Shown: positions 10,839 to 24,791 of the stretch, piece by piece | Position numbering within the stretch: position 1 is the first letter of the stretch | How the letters are laid out: every line of letters starts with the position of its first letter | From: Eledone cirrhosa | Taxonomy: Eukaryota | Direction: 5' to 3' | Assembly: GCA_964016885.1 (NCBI GenBank) | Contig: OZ024740.1 | Span: 66,216,001-66,280,000 of the forward strand | Length of the DNA stretch: 64,000 bases | The notes under the pieces: generated by a model | The model's database searches: none | What the model saw: the letters and a program-made list of their open reading frames with translations, nothing else | Told to the model about the DNA's origin: nothing | Position numbers and translations under genes: made by a program

Positions 10839-13800
10839 CTACCTAAACTACCCGTCCTTTGGACGGTTCCAGTAGCTTTCCACGTAGTTCATTAAACTAA
10901 ACAAAATAAATTTGATACATAGAAGAAAAACGTACTTTATGTAAACATGAAAACCTTCGGCACTATTCCAGCGAAATAATTAATATCTTAGCTCGGTGTC
11001 ATCCGTTATCCCATGTAGCAACAGAAATCCAGTCTAGGTATAAATTGTTTTGACAACAGTAAAAGCGCATCATGAAATAGAGAAGTGAAGTGAATAATAG
11101 ACACTATTGTGTACATAGGTTGGAATAACAATATAGATTGAACATAACAGGGGGGAACTGATGGATGAGCAAATCGTTATAAAAAGAGGTGGATGTTGGG
11201 TGGGAGAACTCATTGTCTTTTGGATTATTGAAGAGCAGATTTATACACAGCATTTTTGGTTTTCCCATCAGGAGCTTAAATAAATAGGTTGTCAGGATTA
11301 CCAATTCGAGAATAGCCGACGAAAACTGTCCACGTGAAAAGAAATGGGTTTGAAGATCCCGACCAACAACTTTAAGAGATTGGCCTTGAGATGTATTTAT
11401 GGTCATTGCAAAACTATGCTTTAGTGGGAATTGTAACCTTTTCATGGGAAATGGACAATCAGAAGGGGTAAAAGGAAGTTGGGAATAAAGACAGATTCAT
11501 TTCGCCCGGGTCCTGTGATTATTTCTGCCATAATTACAAGGTTCATCAGTTGCTTTACCGCCAGTCTTGTTCCATTACAAAGAAAGGGGGGAGGGGTTAA
11601 ATTACGTAACAGGATAACAGGAGCTCCAACTTTTAGATACAACTCGTGAGGAGGTAGTCCTGGAGGATCCTGAGAGTTAAGAAACTCTGATGGTGAGCTG
11701 GTCACTTGATCAAAGTCTGTAACAGTGTCAACTGACTTGTAACAAGGTTGAATAGAGGGCAACTGACCAACTATTTCGTGATTGATCAGCTTAACAGCAG
11801 CATTTGTGGGTGCAAGGATAGCCCTCTCACAAAGCCAATCAGGATTCATGAATTCAGTTGAAAGATTTGGATAAACTGAAGAACATAAGTCATCCGGCGT
11901 TGAGACTGAGCGGCCAATGCTAGAAGTGTCAATTTATCCATTGTCGTCGACTGAAATTGACCATCACCGATTTGGAGGCGTTGAGTGGAAAATGGCGTAG
12001 ACGGACGACCAGTTTGTAATAGCGATCGTATATTAATTATTAGTTTTTGTACCTCAACAAACTGCCAAAAAGCGGACATTTTAAGCAGGCGACCACTTCA
12101 TCAGCAGGTGATCCATTTGGTACCACGGGAAGTGTCTGTCTAAAATCACCTGCGAGAAGAAGAGTGGCTTCTCCAAAGATCTTTCATTGTGGCATCTAGT
12201 GCCTGAAGAGAGCCTTTATGGGACATGGTTGCCTCATCCCACACAATCAGTTTACAGCTTATCAACAGAGCAGTTTCGTCAGAACTCTGTGAGATATTGC
12301 AGATGGGATTCTCTTGATGGACGACGTTCAGTGGCAGCTTGAAGGTCGAGTGTGCTGTGCGCCCACCTTCTAAAAGAGTCGAAGCTATACCGGAAGAGGC
12401 AGCAGCAAGTGCTATGTCGCCATTCTGCCTTACCTTAGTAAGAATAAGATTAAGCAGAAATGTTTTACCGGTCCCTCCAGGTGCATCTATGAAGATAATC
12501 CCGCCAGTATTGCTGTATACCTTGTTTAGAACGGATTTGTATGCAGATTCTTGATCCGGATTAAGGAGAGGCTGGTTGACAGCTTAGTATTGACGAAGGA
12601 TGGTTTTGTCGTAGCTGGTTTCTCTAAGGATGAGTCGATTAAAAGTGTGCTCTTGGTTTCTATCCGGAGAAGGGAGGCAGTATGCCTCCAAACATTGTCC
12701 TCCTATTGCCACAACTAAGTCCTCCAAGATAGTTAGACCAGCTTTATACATAGAGAGGGTAAAAGCAGTGGTGGAATTGTTGGTAGCTTGACAGGTTTGA
12801 AGCCATATATCGTGGCACATGTGGTCCCTGTATTTATTCCACAACAAAGTCGAGTTAACAAAGCTGCAGAAACCAGCATAATGGCGAATAGATGCCGAAG
12901 TTTTGACGGAGATCCACGGAGAGACGCTTCCTCAAGTGTACTCTCATAATGGTTTTCCCTATCAACGAGTCCCCGTTTAAAGCAGGCGTGCTTGAATGTC
13001 TTGCATAATTGAGCGTCTACTGTGCAAAGGGCTGCAAAGGATGTTGGTCCACGTACAACGTGAAGCAGCAGTCAAAGATGGAAGCATTAGAAGTTCAAAG
13101 GATGAACAGTATAGACGCGTCCTATTGTGTCACTTTCTAAAATGGCAGGATCTGAATCGATATGTCGGCCCTGTTTTCTTCTTTGCCATAAGCAAGTTGA
13201 GTGGTTCCAAGAATAATAATGAGGAACATCAACACACAGAAGAGTTTTTGTGTAGGAGTCAACCGTACAGAGTTCGAAAAATGCAGTCAAAGTTGTCCTA
13301 CGTGGGGCAAGAACCTGTTGACGTAAGTTTTCTTCAGTGAAGTAAACTCTCTGCTTGTCCTTTAAGTGAATACTGAGATGTTGAGCAGGGGGGAATCGCT
13401 CGTGTATAGGGAAACCAAACGTGCTCCAAATGGCCTCATTGGTTGAGATATAACGCCCTATTTGAAACAGTTCCACCTCATCTGTTGGTGCAGCTGCTGT
13501 TCCTGTTTGTGCCACCTGAAAGACGGCTCTGTCGGATCCCTTATTGACGTATTTGCAGACGTAACGTATAGATTTAACTGAGATACAATATTCAATATTA
13601 ATATGCGCATTAAATGTCTCGCATAGCATTTTGTTATGTGGAACAACCCATTGATTGTCAATTGTAAATTCTCGGTTAGATCCATGTTTGATTGTTGCTG
13701 TGAAACCGCCATGTCCAGGAGCTCTTCTGCGATATAATGGGTAACCGTCGTTACCTGTGATCGTCTCAGCCAAAAGCTTTCGTGGATATTTCTTAGTGCA

Positions 13801-16491
13801 TTTTCCGTTTGCTATGCACGAAGACGAAGAATTAAAGTGCCAACATGGCCCATGAACCATATTTTTTCGAATGATTTCGTACAACGGGGGTCTTCATTGG
13901 GATTTGGAAATTCTGCACTTATGACTGTGTCCACGTTAGAAGGTCGAATTTTGCTTTGAAACCAGAGTAAGTTGTGGGCGTGAGGTAGACCATGTTTTTG
14001 CCATTCAACAGTATACATAAAACATTTGATCGGCCCGAAAAGTTCACCACATTTAAACAAATCAATCATTTTACGAACTTTAAGAAGAAAAACGCGAGCA
14101 GTGATGTCATGGCGATGTGCTGGTCGTTGGCCCGGAAGTAAGCTTATTTCGATGTCCTCCTATTTGGGGTTGCATGTGAACGTTATGAAAAGGTCAGGGC
14201 GGTTGTAAAGACGAAGGTATGTGAGAGCGTCCTGCATCTTTTCATGCATATACCTCGGGCCGCCTGTATATGATGATGGCAGTATGATTCGAAGACCAAC
14301 CTCAGAAGCAGTTACATTGTCATTGCTATTAACCTCGTCTCGAACCTTGGCATATTCATCTGCACGGAGCTGCTTTTGATTATGGCGAATCCAAAGAAAT
14401 CGTTCCGAGTCAATCTGCAAAGGCAAGGAATGGGATGGTTATGCAAAGATTTTAATAAAAAGTATAGGTAACATGACTGAAAGGGGAGTAAATCATACCT
14501 TAGCATACATATCCACACAATACTGATTCAGAAGAGCCCCTGCTCTTTGAAGACTGTTGAAATTGTTCGTTCTAACCATCAATCTGTAACTGTAGAAGTT
14601 CATCTGGGAAACCATTTTTGGAGGCTGTGCTGTTTGGTGTGTCGTAGGTACAATGGTAGCGATATCAGGACTGTACCCATCCTCTCCATAGGAAAAGAGT
14701 AAGGGGTATTGAAGGGCGTCATAGACTGGATTTAATTCATTGATCCTCTTAACACGGGAGTCCTGCCACTCTAGAAAGATATCTCTTTTGGAAAGAGTTG
14801 CATTGGGATTGCAAAGCAAAATAGCAATCTCCTCTGTTTCGGATCGGTTGTAACAGCGGTTATATTCCCCAACAGGAGTCCTGTCACTTCTAATAACAAC
14901 GTTAAAGTTGGCATTGTCTGCCGCCGTCGTTGAATAGCTGTTTTAAATTGGTTAATATACAGGTTGTGCTCATGAAGCATTTCCTGAAGAGGTCCAAGAA
15001 CAGCCGTGTATGTGCCTGGAGCAACAGCAGCCTTACGTGCAATTTGCTCCCTCTCTTGTCCCATGAAGTATATCTGAAGAAAATTATGATGAGAAACATC
15101 TGTTGGTAGAAGAGAACCGATTAAATGGTACGTCTGTCCCTGAAATGGTAAAAGTGGGATTAAAGTTTCCATAAGATATGGGTTTATGACCAAAACTTGT
15201 CATTTGAAATGCAGAATTGTATGCCCTTATTCGGTTCATGAAATCTTGAGAATATGGATGCTCACCAAGCAGAAGGGACTTTAAAGGATGTGGAGTTTCA
15301 GGGCTGTTGGGCTGACAAACCTTTCCATTTGAGCAGCATAGACCACCAAGCTCTCCCGGCCAAATTAGTGATTTACAGTGTAGACAGATTTTGAACATAC
15401 GACCAATGGCAAAATCTTTGTGGTCAGCATAATTTTCAGAGGGGTCATAATGAAAGGCTTTAAAAAGCAATCTATTCCTTGTAGGCTTGATGTACCAAGC
15501 AGAACAGCTGTACGATGCGCATTTGTTTGTAATCGAGTAGTTCTTTCAAGCAATGCTTCAGAAGCTATCGCAGCAGTGGTTTGTGCAGTTTTTGCCATAC
15601 GGGCCGCAAGATTTTCTACTGAGTATCGATGTGATGAATGCGAAGTGTTGAGTCTTGCGTTGTAGACAGCTAATGTCGATAACCTATTTGTCCTCTGCTC
15701 CTCAGTTTCATTAGCTCGACGGTGCTTTTCCTTAACCACCCAGGTCGACAATCTGCTGAGGCAACTACTTTTTTTCCTCGAGGCATCGAAACGAAATGTG
15801 TAAAGTAGACACGATATAACACAATCGAATAAAAATAAAGATTAATTGTAAAATGTATTTGAAGTACATGTAGCGGTAGAACGTTGGAAATGTACAGGGT
15901 ATGTAAGTTAATAATTAAATTATGTGTCAGAAACGTAGTCTAATCAATGCGAAAAAATAGAATAATTCTAAGTCTTTGATGTATAAACCATCACCCTTTA
16001 GATAAATTTAAGCATAATATTGTAAAACTTATGAGAACAGTTATAAGATCAGTTAATATGAATATCAAGCTTGAAACGAGAAATTATACAATGTCAAATC
16101 TATAACTTAACTTAGTAATCTGTTAGAAATTGCTGGTTGTGAAATATACGAAATTATATTATTATCTTTGTTTCAAGTAGAATAGTAAATTAAAATACGA
16201 ATGAGCCGAATTACGAAAGATAACTCTTGATTACGAGAGATAACTCTTGTCTTAATTAATTTCGAAAATTCACACACATAACCGACATTTTTTAATGTCT
16301 CCAAAGGCCCCCATATCGATGTTTGAAAGCCTTTGTAGATCATGTACAGGTTTTGTGCACAGAGACGCTCTGTAAACAATTTCAAAGAAATCGCATGAAT
16401 GGTTTAGAAGATATGAACCGTCATTAAAATACGTCGACACACATATATACATACATACAGAAATTTACATACAGATTTATATATATACAGA
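10839..16491 (-). mobile_element. Helitron, full length, non-functional
   Basis: 5' A|TC at 16491. 3' hairpin ccgtcc-aaa-ggacgg (10852-10866) followed by GTAG|T (canonical CTAG). Internal RepHel. Confidence 0.85.
11225..15786 (-). pseudogene. Helitron Rep (HUH)-Pif1 helicase, multiple frameshifts and stops
   Basis: PDLFITFTCNP, EWQKHGLPHAH, YVCKYVNKG, Walker A DAPGGTGK (about 12460-12487), LCNGTRL, AMTINTSQGQS. Start MPRGKKS. Confidence 0.93.
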
Positions 16492-16501
16492 TATATATAT
16501 A

Positions 16502-16563
<62 letters not shown>

Positions 16564-16568
16564 GAAAC

Positions 16569-16601
<33 letters not shown>

Positions 16602-17854
16602 CGTGTGCGTGTGTGCGTGTGTGTGTGATTTTTGCTCCCTGAAACATCACACTAATAGTAAAATATTTCAGGTGATGATAAATTAAATGTCAAAATGAAA
16701 AATTAAAAATAGTGATGTCATTTATTTTTTGTTTAAATACTTTGCAGTAACGAGTATATAATTAAGTGTTAGGTCTCTGAGGAGCAAAACCCTTGAATCT
16801 AGCATCTTATGGAATTTTTCAAATCAAATGCATCTTTCTTTTGTAACCTGCGAATACAATGCTTGAGAAACAAAATTATCGTTACTGAATTATCGTTATT
16901 AAATTATAGCCGAAGTTGATTTCTTAATACTATATCAACGAGTGACCTGTCTTATCAGTGAGCAACCAAGTGATGATTATAAGCCCAGATGTTTATTTGC
17001 ACTTTTACCAAAAAAACCCCAGATAATTGATTATCTTCAGTTAAGACCTGTGCAGAATCTGACAAATAAAATAGTGTTTTAACATAAGTTTTTAAATTGC
17101 CAATATAATGAAAAATTAAATTGCCAATATAATTCAATTATTGGCTGGTAATAGCAAATACTTTCTGGTGACGAAATTCTGTTAATAGTCTCTTTTAGCT
17201 TAGACGAACAACTGAAAAAGGTTTTGAAGGGATTACTAGTATTTATGAGGTCTCGTTTCCTAGCATGTCTTGTTATTTTTCATCTTATTTGTCTCACTCC
17301 AACCTCATTCGACACTTTCTGTTTATTTTTTTCTACTTGATACCCTCTATATATAGAAATATGAACTAAATATTCGAGGTATACTCTAAATATATACAAC
17401 GCAGATTTAAGCGAAATAGCTTAAATGTGTATATAAAATATATATATATATATATATTAGAAAGATCGAGTATCGAAAAATCGGCGCACGAGTTCACGAT
17501 AAACAAAATTCGAAATGAGCGGCAGAGGGCTCAATAATTCAGATGAATCAGAGCTATAACTATCGTTAAAATACCGTCACATATAGAACAAGTCTACAAT
17601 CAACCATACGATAAAAAATAGATAATAGAAGATTCGGGACAAACAGATAAAAAATATCAATAAAACAATACATCAATAATTTAAATGAATGTAAAATCAT
17701 ACCCGGACCCGCTAGAAAGGTGTTAAATCTAGCTTCATGGGTTTCTGTAAATCCTTAGACTGTACTCTATCAGCTCACATATAAATATAAAAGCCTATAT
17801 ATATATATATATATATATATTATTATTATGTAATAAACAACATAAGGCAATTAT

Positions 17855-17912
17855 TCCATTTACCAGTGGTTTCTTAAAAGCAAAAGGTTTTGCTTTCAAT
17901 CCTCAGAATGAA
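17855..17912 (-). ncRNA. Type I hammerhead ribozyme, intact (family D)
   Basis: ttcatt-CTGAGGA-ttgaaagcaaaa cc ttttgcttttaa-GAA ACC act GGT-A-aatgga. All three stems pair, GUA triplet. Confidence 0.8.
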
Positions 17913-18114
17913 AAATCCTGGTTTGTTTATTGAATATGGATTCTAAAAACAAAAATGCAATCTATATGAAAGTGAGGCTGGAAAAGGGAGAAGGAAAGGA
18001 AAAATAAAATAAAATAAAACTACACATGCAAACACACACAAAAAAACACAAAAGAATACTTACACACACACACATATATACACATATAATTTGCACGCAT
18101 ACACATATACACAT

Positions 18115-18129
<15 letters not shown>

Positions 18130-18172
<43 letters not shown>

Positions 18173-18231
18173 AGCGTACACCTACACACACATACACATA
18201 TATACACACATATACACATACATATATTCAT

Positions 18232-18280
<49 letters not shown>

Positions 18281-18314
18281 TACACACACACATATATATA
18301 CACAAGTACATATC

Positions 18315-18350
<36 letters not shown>

Positions 18351-19105
18351 CATATACACACATATACACATATACATACACACACACACACACACACACA
18401 TGTGTGTGTACAAGCCTACACATACACACACACATATATATACACACACATATACATACATTCACACAAACATACAACGTACATACATACACATACATGA
18501 ATGCACTCCACTACATATTAACACACGCAAATAAATATAAGAAAAAAATATATAAATAATATTAACAAATATTTGACAGCGATACATGCCCCAGCTAACA
18601 GGACAGACACGCGTGGTAAGTAATACACACATAAGCACATATACATACGTTCGAAATAGTAAACACATACACACACTCTCACACATAAATATACATATAC
18701 AAATACATAAACACGTACATACACATACATACGCAAACACGTACAGGTATACAATATAAACACACACATGTATATGTAATTATATACACACACACACACA
18801 TATACATATATATATGTATATATATATATATACATACAAAAATATAAAAATATAAACGCACACATACATATAAATACGTAAACACACATATACATACATA
18901 GCTAAACAATTATACACATGCAAATACGTATATATCAAAAGAACGCACAACCAAATACAAACACACACACATATATACACACACACACACCCACACACAA
19001 ACACACACATACATAAAAATAAATAAAAACACACGCAACATATACATACATACACATACATATACATATATGCATATATACATATACATATATATATATA
19101 TACAC

Positions 19106-19138
<33 letters not shown>

Positions 19139-19713
19139 TACACGTACACATACACACATGCATACACATACACACACACATATACATGTGTGTATGTGTA
19201 AAGCTCAGTATTAGATAAGACAAATGAACCTTACATAAACGTATATATAGTAGTAAAGTAATAAAGCCATACAAGGCAATTAATCCATTCACCAGAGGTT
19301 TCTTAAAAGCAAAAAAAAACAGAAAAGTATAGGATTTTGCTAAACTTGAGAGACACTTCCGCTTGCCTTAACTCTAAGACTGAGATCTTCAGATGCTGTC
19401 CTCATCTGAAATCGCATCTGATCTGTAACTGGATTGACACTCCTACGATAAATCAACCGCCTTGAACTCCTTCTCTGCTCTTTACTTTTGCTACGGCTTT
19501 TATTTTGCTGCTTCTACCTTCTGTACTCTTGTATTTAAAAACATTTTTTCTCCCCTACCTCCCCTTATATTTTTACCTCCTCTTAGCCCCCCCCATATAT
19601 TCTTTTTGTTTTGCCCTTCACATACCTATGTGTATGTGTATGTATATATATGTGTATGTATGTATGTATATGTATGTATGTGTATATATGTGTATGTATA
19701 TATGTCTGTATAT

Positions 19714-19768
<55 letters not shown>

Positions 19769-20055
19769 CGTGTCTGTATGTGTGTATATATTTGTATATT
19801 TGTGTGTGTATATGTATGTATATGTGGATAAACCAGGGCTTTTTTTCATTCTGAAGATTGAAGGAAACTTTTTTTGCTTTTAAGAAACCTCTGGTGAATG
19901 GATTAATTGCCTTGTATGGCTTTATTACTTTACTACTATATATACGTTTATGTAAGGTTCATTTGTATTATCTAATACTGAGCTTTACACATACACACAT
20001 GTATATGTGTGTGTGTATGTGTATGCATGTGTGTATGTGTACGTGTATGTGTGTG

Positions 20056-20088
<33 letters not shown>

Positions 20089-20357
20089 GTGTATATATAT
20101 ATATGTATATGTATATATGTATATATGTATATGTATGTGTATGTATGTATATGTTGCGTGTGTTTTTATTTATTTTTATGTATGTGTGGGTTTGTGTGTG
20201 GGTGTGTGTGTGTGTATATATGTGTGTGTGTTTGTATTTGGTTGTGCGTTCTTTTGATATATACGTATTTGCATGTGTATAATTGTTTAGCTATGTATGT
20301 ATATGTGTGTTTACGTATTTATATGTGTGTGTGCGTTTATATTTTTATATTTTTGTA

Positions 20358-20390
<33 letters not shown>

Positions 20391-20773
20391 GTATATGTGT
20401 GTGTGTGTGTATATAATTACATATACATGTGTGTGTTTATATTGTATACGTGTACGTGTTTGCGTATGTATGTGTATGTACGTGTTTATGTATTTGTATA
20501 TGTATATTTATGTGTGAGAGTGTGTGTATGTGTTTACTATTTCGAACGTATGTATATGTGCTTATGTGTGTATTACTTACCACGCGTGTCTGTCCTGTTA
20601 GCTGGGGCATGTATCGCTGTCAAATATTTGTTAATATTATTTATATATGTTTTTCTTATATTTATTTGCGTGTGTTAATATGTAGTGGAGTGCATTCATG
20701 TATGTGTATGTATGTACGTTGTATGTTTGTGTGAATGTATGTATATGTGTGTGTATATATATGTGTGTGTGTA

Positions 20774-20819
<46 letters not shown>

Positions 20820-20875
20820 AATATATGTATGTGTATATGTGTGTATATATGTGTATGTGTGTGTAGGTGTACGCT

Positions 20876-20880
<5 letters not shown>
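18130..20880. mobile_element. Large microsatellite-rich foldback element carrying family D HHRs
   Basis: About 18130-19318 is the reverse complement of about 19868-20880, including unique islands such as gatacatgccccagctaacaggacagacacgcgtgg. Confidence 0.75.
19845..19902 (+). ncRNA. Type I hammerhead ribozyme (family D) with GUG triplet, probably inactive
   Basis: ttcatt-CTGAAGA-ttgaag...cttttaa-GAAACC tct GGT-G-aatgga. An inverted half-copy lies at 19285-19318. Confidence 0.65.
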
Positions 20881-20941
<61 letters not shown>

Positions 20942-20944
20942 CTG

Positions 20945-21045
20945 CGATATAAAAGACACAGAAGCGAAAAGCGAAAACCAACCAAACAGTGAGTGTGTTC
21001 TGTTATTAATTCTGGCAATATTACACAAATATGACCCTCCCGAAG
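20945..21045 (-). repeat. Short Penelope terminal-repeat-like fragment, second copy at 27117-27212
   Basis: About 90 bp near-identical between the two copies. Contains gggagggtcat..ttgcca..aacacac, as also seen at 62632 and 9658. Confidence 0.6.
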
Positions 21046-21141
21046 TATAACTATATATATATATATATAAAGGACGTAAAATAAGAAAATATTTTTAAAA
21101 AAAATTTTTTTTTTCTTAATTTTTTACTTACTTAAATTTTC

Positions 21142-21223
21142 ACTCCAACTAATTAGTTTCTGCAATGGGATAAAGACAGTTACGTAATCCAACTGTCGAG
21201 AATTCATTGCGTCATCAGGGAGT
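21142..21223 (-). ncRNA. Minimal type I hammerhead ribozyme (family B)
   Basis: Reverse complement of 22128-22209. Confidence 0.75.
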
Positions 21224-22127
21224 CTATTCTCAGTTAAGTCTCCAGGCAATGCGCGGACACTGGCGGCTCATATAAAAATAATAATAATTCGGTAGATCGA
21301 ACAGCTTGCGAGGACTGGATTCTATGTAACGAAATTCTCACTGCTTCAAGTCAAATGGCCGATTCTAAAGGATCAATCACGTGACACAGAGGCTAGTTAG
21401 AAGGAATGGGATGGTAAGATGACTGACGCCTACTAACACCCCAAAAAAAATTTTTTTAGAAGTGGTTTTGGCAAGTTTGCTCGACAAATCAGTGATTTGG
21501 AGATAAATATAGATAATTTAATATATCAACTAACATAAGCGCACAGATGCACGCCGATGCTAGCAAATACACAGGTTATGTCATAGTACCTATGTGGTTC
21601 AATGCAGGAGAATGCAGAACAATAATATAAAGGACGTAAAATAAGAAAATATTTAAAAAAAAAAAAATTTTTTTTAAATTATTTTACTTACTTAAATTTT
21701 CACTCCAACTAATTAGTTTCTGCAATGGGATAAAGACAGTTACGTAATCCAACTGTCGAGAATTCATTGCGTCATCATGTGTATTTGCTAGCATGGGCGT
21801 GCATCTGTGCGCTTATGTTAGTTGATATATTAAATTATCTATATTTATCTCCAAATCACTGATTTGTCGAGCAAACTTGCCAAAACCACTTCTAAAAAAA
21901 TTTTTTTTGGGGTGTTAGTAGGCGTCAGTCATCTTACCATCCCATTCCTTCTAACTAGCCTCTGTGTCACGTGATTGATTCTTTAGTATCGGCCATTTGA
22001 CTTGAAGCAGTGAGAATTTCGGTACATAGAATCCAGTCCTCGCAAGCTGTTCGATCTACCGAATTATTATTATTTTTATATGAGCCGCCAGTGTCCGCGC
22101 ATTGCCTGGAGACTTAACTGAGAATAG

Positions 22128-22209
22128 ACTCCCTGATGACGCAATGAATTCTCGACAGTTGGATTACGTAACTGTCTTTATCCCATTGCAGAAACTAATT
22201 AGTTGGAGT
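22128..22209 (+). ncRNA. Minimal type I hammerhead ribozyme (family B)
   Basis: actcc-CTGATGA-c gcaatg...cattgc a-GAAAC taatta GT-T-ggagt. Palindromic stem III region AACTAATTAGTT. Extra hairpin gacagtt/aactgtc in loop II. Confidence 0.78.
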
Positions 22210-22409
22210 GAAAATTTAAGTAAGTAAAAAATTTTTTTTAAAAAATTTAAAAAAAAAATTCTTTTAAAAAATATTTTCTTATTTTACGTCCTTTATATTA
22301 TTGTTCTACATTCTCCTGCATTGAACCACCTAGGTACTATGACATAACCTGTGTATTTGCTAGCATGGGCGTGCATCTGTGCGCTTATGTTAGTTGATAT
22401 ATTAAATTA

Positions 22410-22453
<44 letters not shown>

Positions 22454-23935
22454 ATAATATTGTCTCATGACATATGATGGAGCTGTCGGGGCATCGTATT
22501 GACATATAGGCGGCCGAGACCTCCATATGTAAATGAGGATGATCAGCTGATCAAAAACGGTCGACCGTTGACATATTACCCGCCCCGGCGTCTTATCCAT
22601 TTGCGGTAAACCCATTTAATAGATCTAGTCATCAGCTTCCAAGTTCATAGCTAAATGTTTTCAAATGCCTATTTGTAAACATCCCGTATATCCCTAGATT
22701 TACTAGTACTCACAGACACGCATACAAACACACACACACACACACACACACTCACACACACACACACTCACACCCACACTCACACCCACACCCACACACG
22801 CACAGACTAACACACACGCACAATCACACAAAAATATATAATGTGGAAAGTGATATATGTAATAATGATATATTATGAAGAATGGACGGTAATATGAAAG
22901 CAACGAACAGTTAGTTAACTATTTTTTGTTTCTTTCGTCCTAATTTTGCTTTCATCCTACCGTCCTTTTTTTACATTCTTTAGCTTCATTACATGTATAA
23001 CTTTCCACATTATAGATTATATACAATGCTGAAATGAATGAGACTACAACATGTTATTATATATATATATATTTGTGTATATATATATATATATATATGA
23101 TCACATAGTATGAGTTAAACGAACATCATATTCAAAATTCATAAACTCGCATGCCACCAGGGTTTTCTTCTGCACACAATCCTTTCTCGAATCTTTAATT
23201 TCTCAAGAGTTAATTAGACATTCGAACACAATTTCGATTGATTCTTCTGTGTCTAAGTCTAGTTCTTCCTCTTTAAATCTAGATTTATACTCTAGTTGTT
23301 GATGTATTATCGATTAAGATCATGCAATCAAACTCCAGCTATGGCACCTAAGGTAGCATTATAAAATGTTGCGCGTACGAATCACAACAGAGTGCTCCTA
23401 CTGTATTTTCATAAAATGCTTATTTTTGTTCTTGTTGATCATATACTCCTTATGGGATCTAATGAATAACATCTGCATGAACAACAATTTCTGTAGGATG
23501 GATATTATAGATAAGCAAAGTATATTTTTGTTGTCAACCATTTCGTTCTATTTACTTTTCTTAAAACATTGCGAAGAAGATAAGGAAAGCCTTACAAATA
23601 TCATCCATCAATCTCCATATAGCTTTCATTGTAAACTTGGTTTAAATATGTTTAAATATTTGTTACATGGTAGTTATATGTTAAAAATGTGCAAGAAGAA
23701 TAATTAAAATAGGAATTTGATAAAGTACACACAATTCTAGGTCTTTCATATTACTAAATCTCTGTGGCGGCTTGCTTGCTTGTCTGTAATGTATTCTAGC
23801 AAAAATGGCGCATAATGGGGAAATACTTTGAAAGAAAGTTGACCCTCAAATGGGAAAACAAATGGAATAAAACAAGTTTCGCGTAAATCAGAGCACGGGT
23901 TCCCGAGATGTGGAGACTTTTCCGGGTACCTTCAT

Positions 23936-23990
<55 letters not shown>

Positions 23991-24115
23991 TAGAGAGATA
24001 GAGAGATAGAAAGATAGTGGTTGTGAGAGAGTAGCTCTGAAAATGAGACATAGAGAGAGGGAGAGAAGACAGAGAATGAGAATGGAAGAGAGAGAGAGAG
24101 AGCTGGTTGTATTGT

Positions 24116-24145
<30 letters not shown>

Positions 24146-24155
<10 letters not shown>

Positions 24156-24791
24156 AAGGTTTTCACCGTATTTCTTTACTAAAGAAATTTTAGCCAGATA
24201 GTGCCGTTTAGAACCCTCAGAGAAATGGAAAAAGATGAGTATTGACGTACATGGGAGTCGAACCCACATCTTTGGTTACCAGACTACTGTCCTACCATTA
24301 CACCAACACATCACCCATCTCCTTCCATTCAAATTAGAAGCTACATAGTTATCAAGTATGATGACAAGTAAGTATGTTTTGAAACAGCGAGCAAGTTTGA
24401 AATTAGAAAATAGAAGCTTTCACGGTATTTTTTTTACTAAAGAAATGTTAGCCTGATAGTGGGGTTTAGAACCCTCAGAGAAATGGAAAAAGATGAGTAT
24501 TGACGTGCATGGGAGTGGAACCCACATCTTGGGTTATCCAGAGCACTGTGCTACTATTATACCAACACATCGCCCTTCTCTTTCCATTCAAATTAGAAGC
24601 TACATTCTTAGCAAGTTAGTATGTTTTGAAACAGCGAGCAAGTTTGAAATTAGAAAATAGAAGCTTTCACCGTATTTCTTTACTAAAGAAATGTTAGCCT
24701 GATAGTGGGTAACATTTATTTAGTCAGACAATACGGTGAAAGCTCCTATTTTCTAATTTCAAACCTGCTCGCTGTTTCAAAACATACTTAC
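24146..24791 (-). repeat. Tandem array (about 250-bp units, 2.2 copies plus terminal inversion) containing tRNA-derived heads
   Basis: Units start at 24146, 24403 and 24650. 24710-24791 is inverted. tRNA-like segments at about 24243-24313 and 24501-24572 have A box TGGTGTAATGG and B box GGTTCGACTCC, but the anticodon arm does not pair. Confidence 0.75.

Larger units (their letters stand above)
21069..22412. mobile_element. Non-coding HHR element (family B): about 1.3 minus-strand monomers fused to about 1.1 plus-strand monomers
   Basis: Period about 560 (21069/21630). Inversion junction at 21777/21778. Arms near-identical. Flanked by (TA)n. Confidence 0.88.

Noticed and set aside
17720-17780. 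Minus-strand CTGATAGA...GAAAC
   Set aside because: Core has an extra base and there is no valid stem III or NUH. At best a heavily decayed motif.
24243-24313. Functional tRNA gene
   Set aside because: The anticodon stem does not pair and the two copies differ there. Treated as a tRNA-derived repeat.
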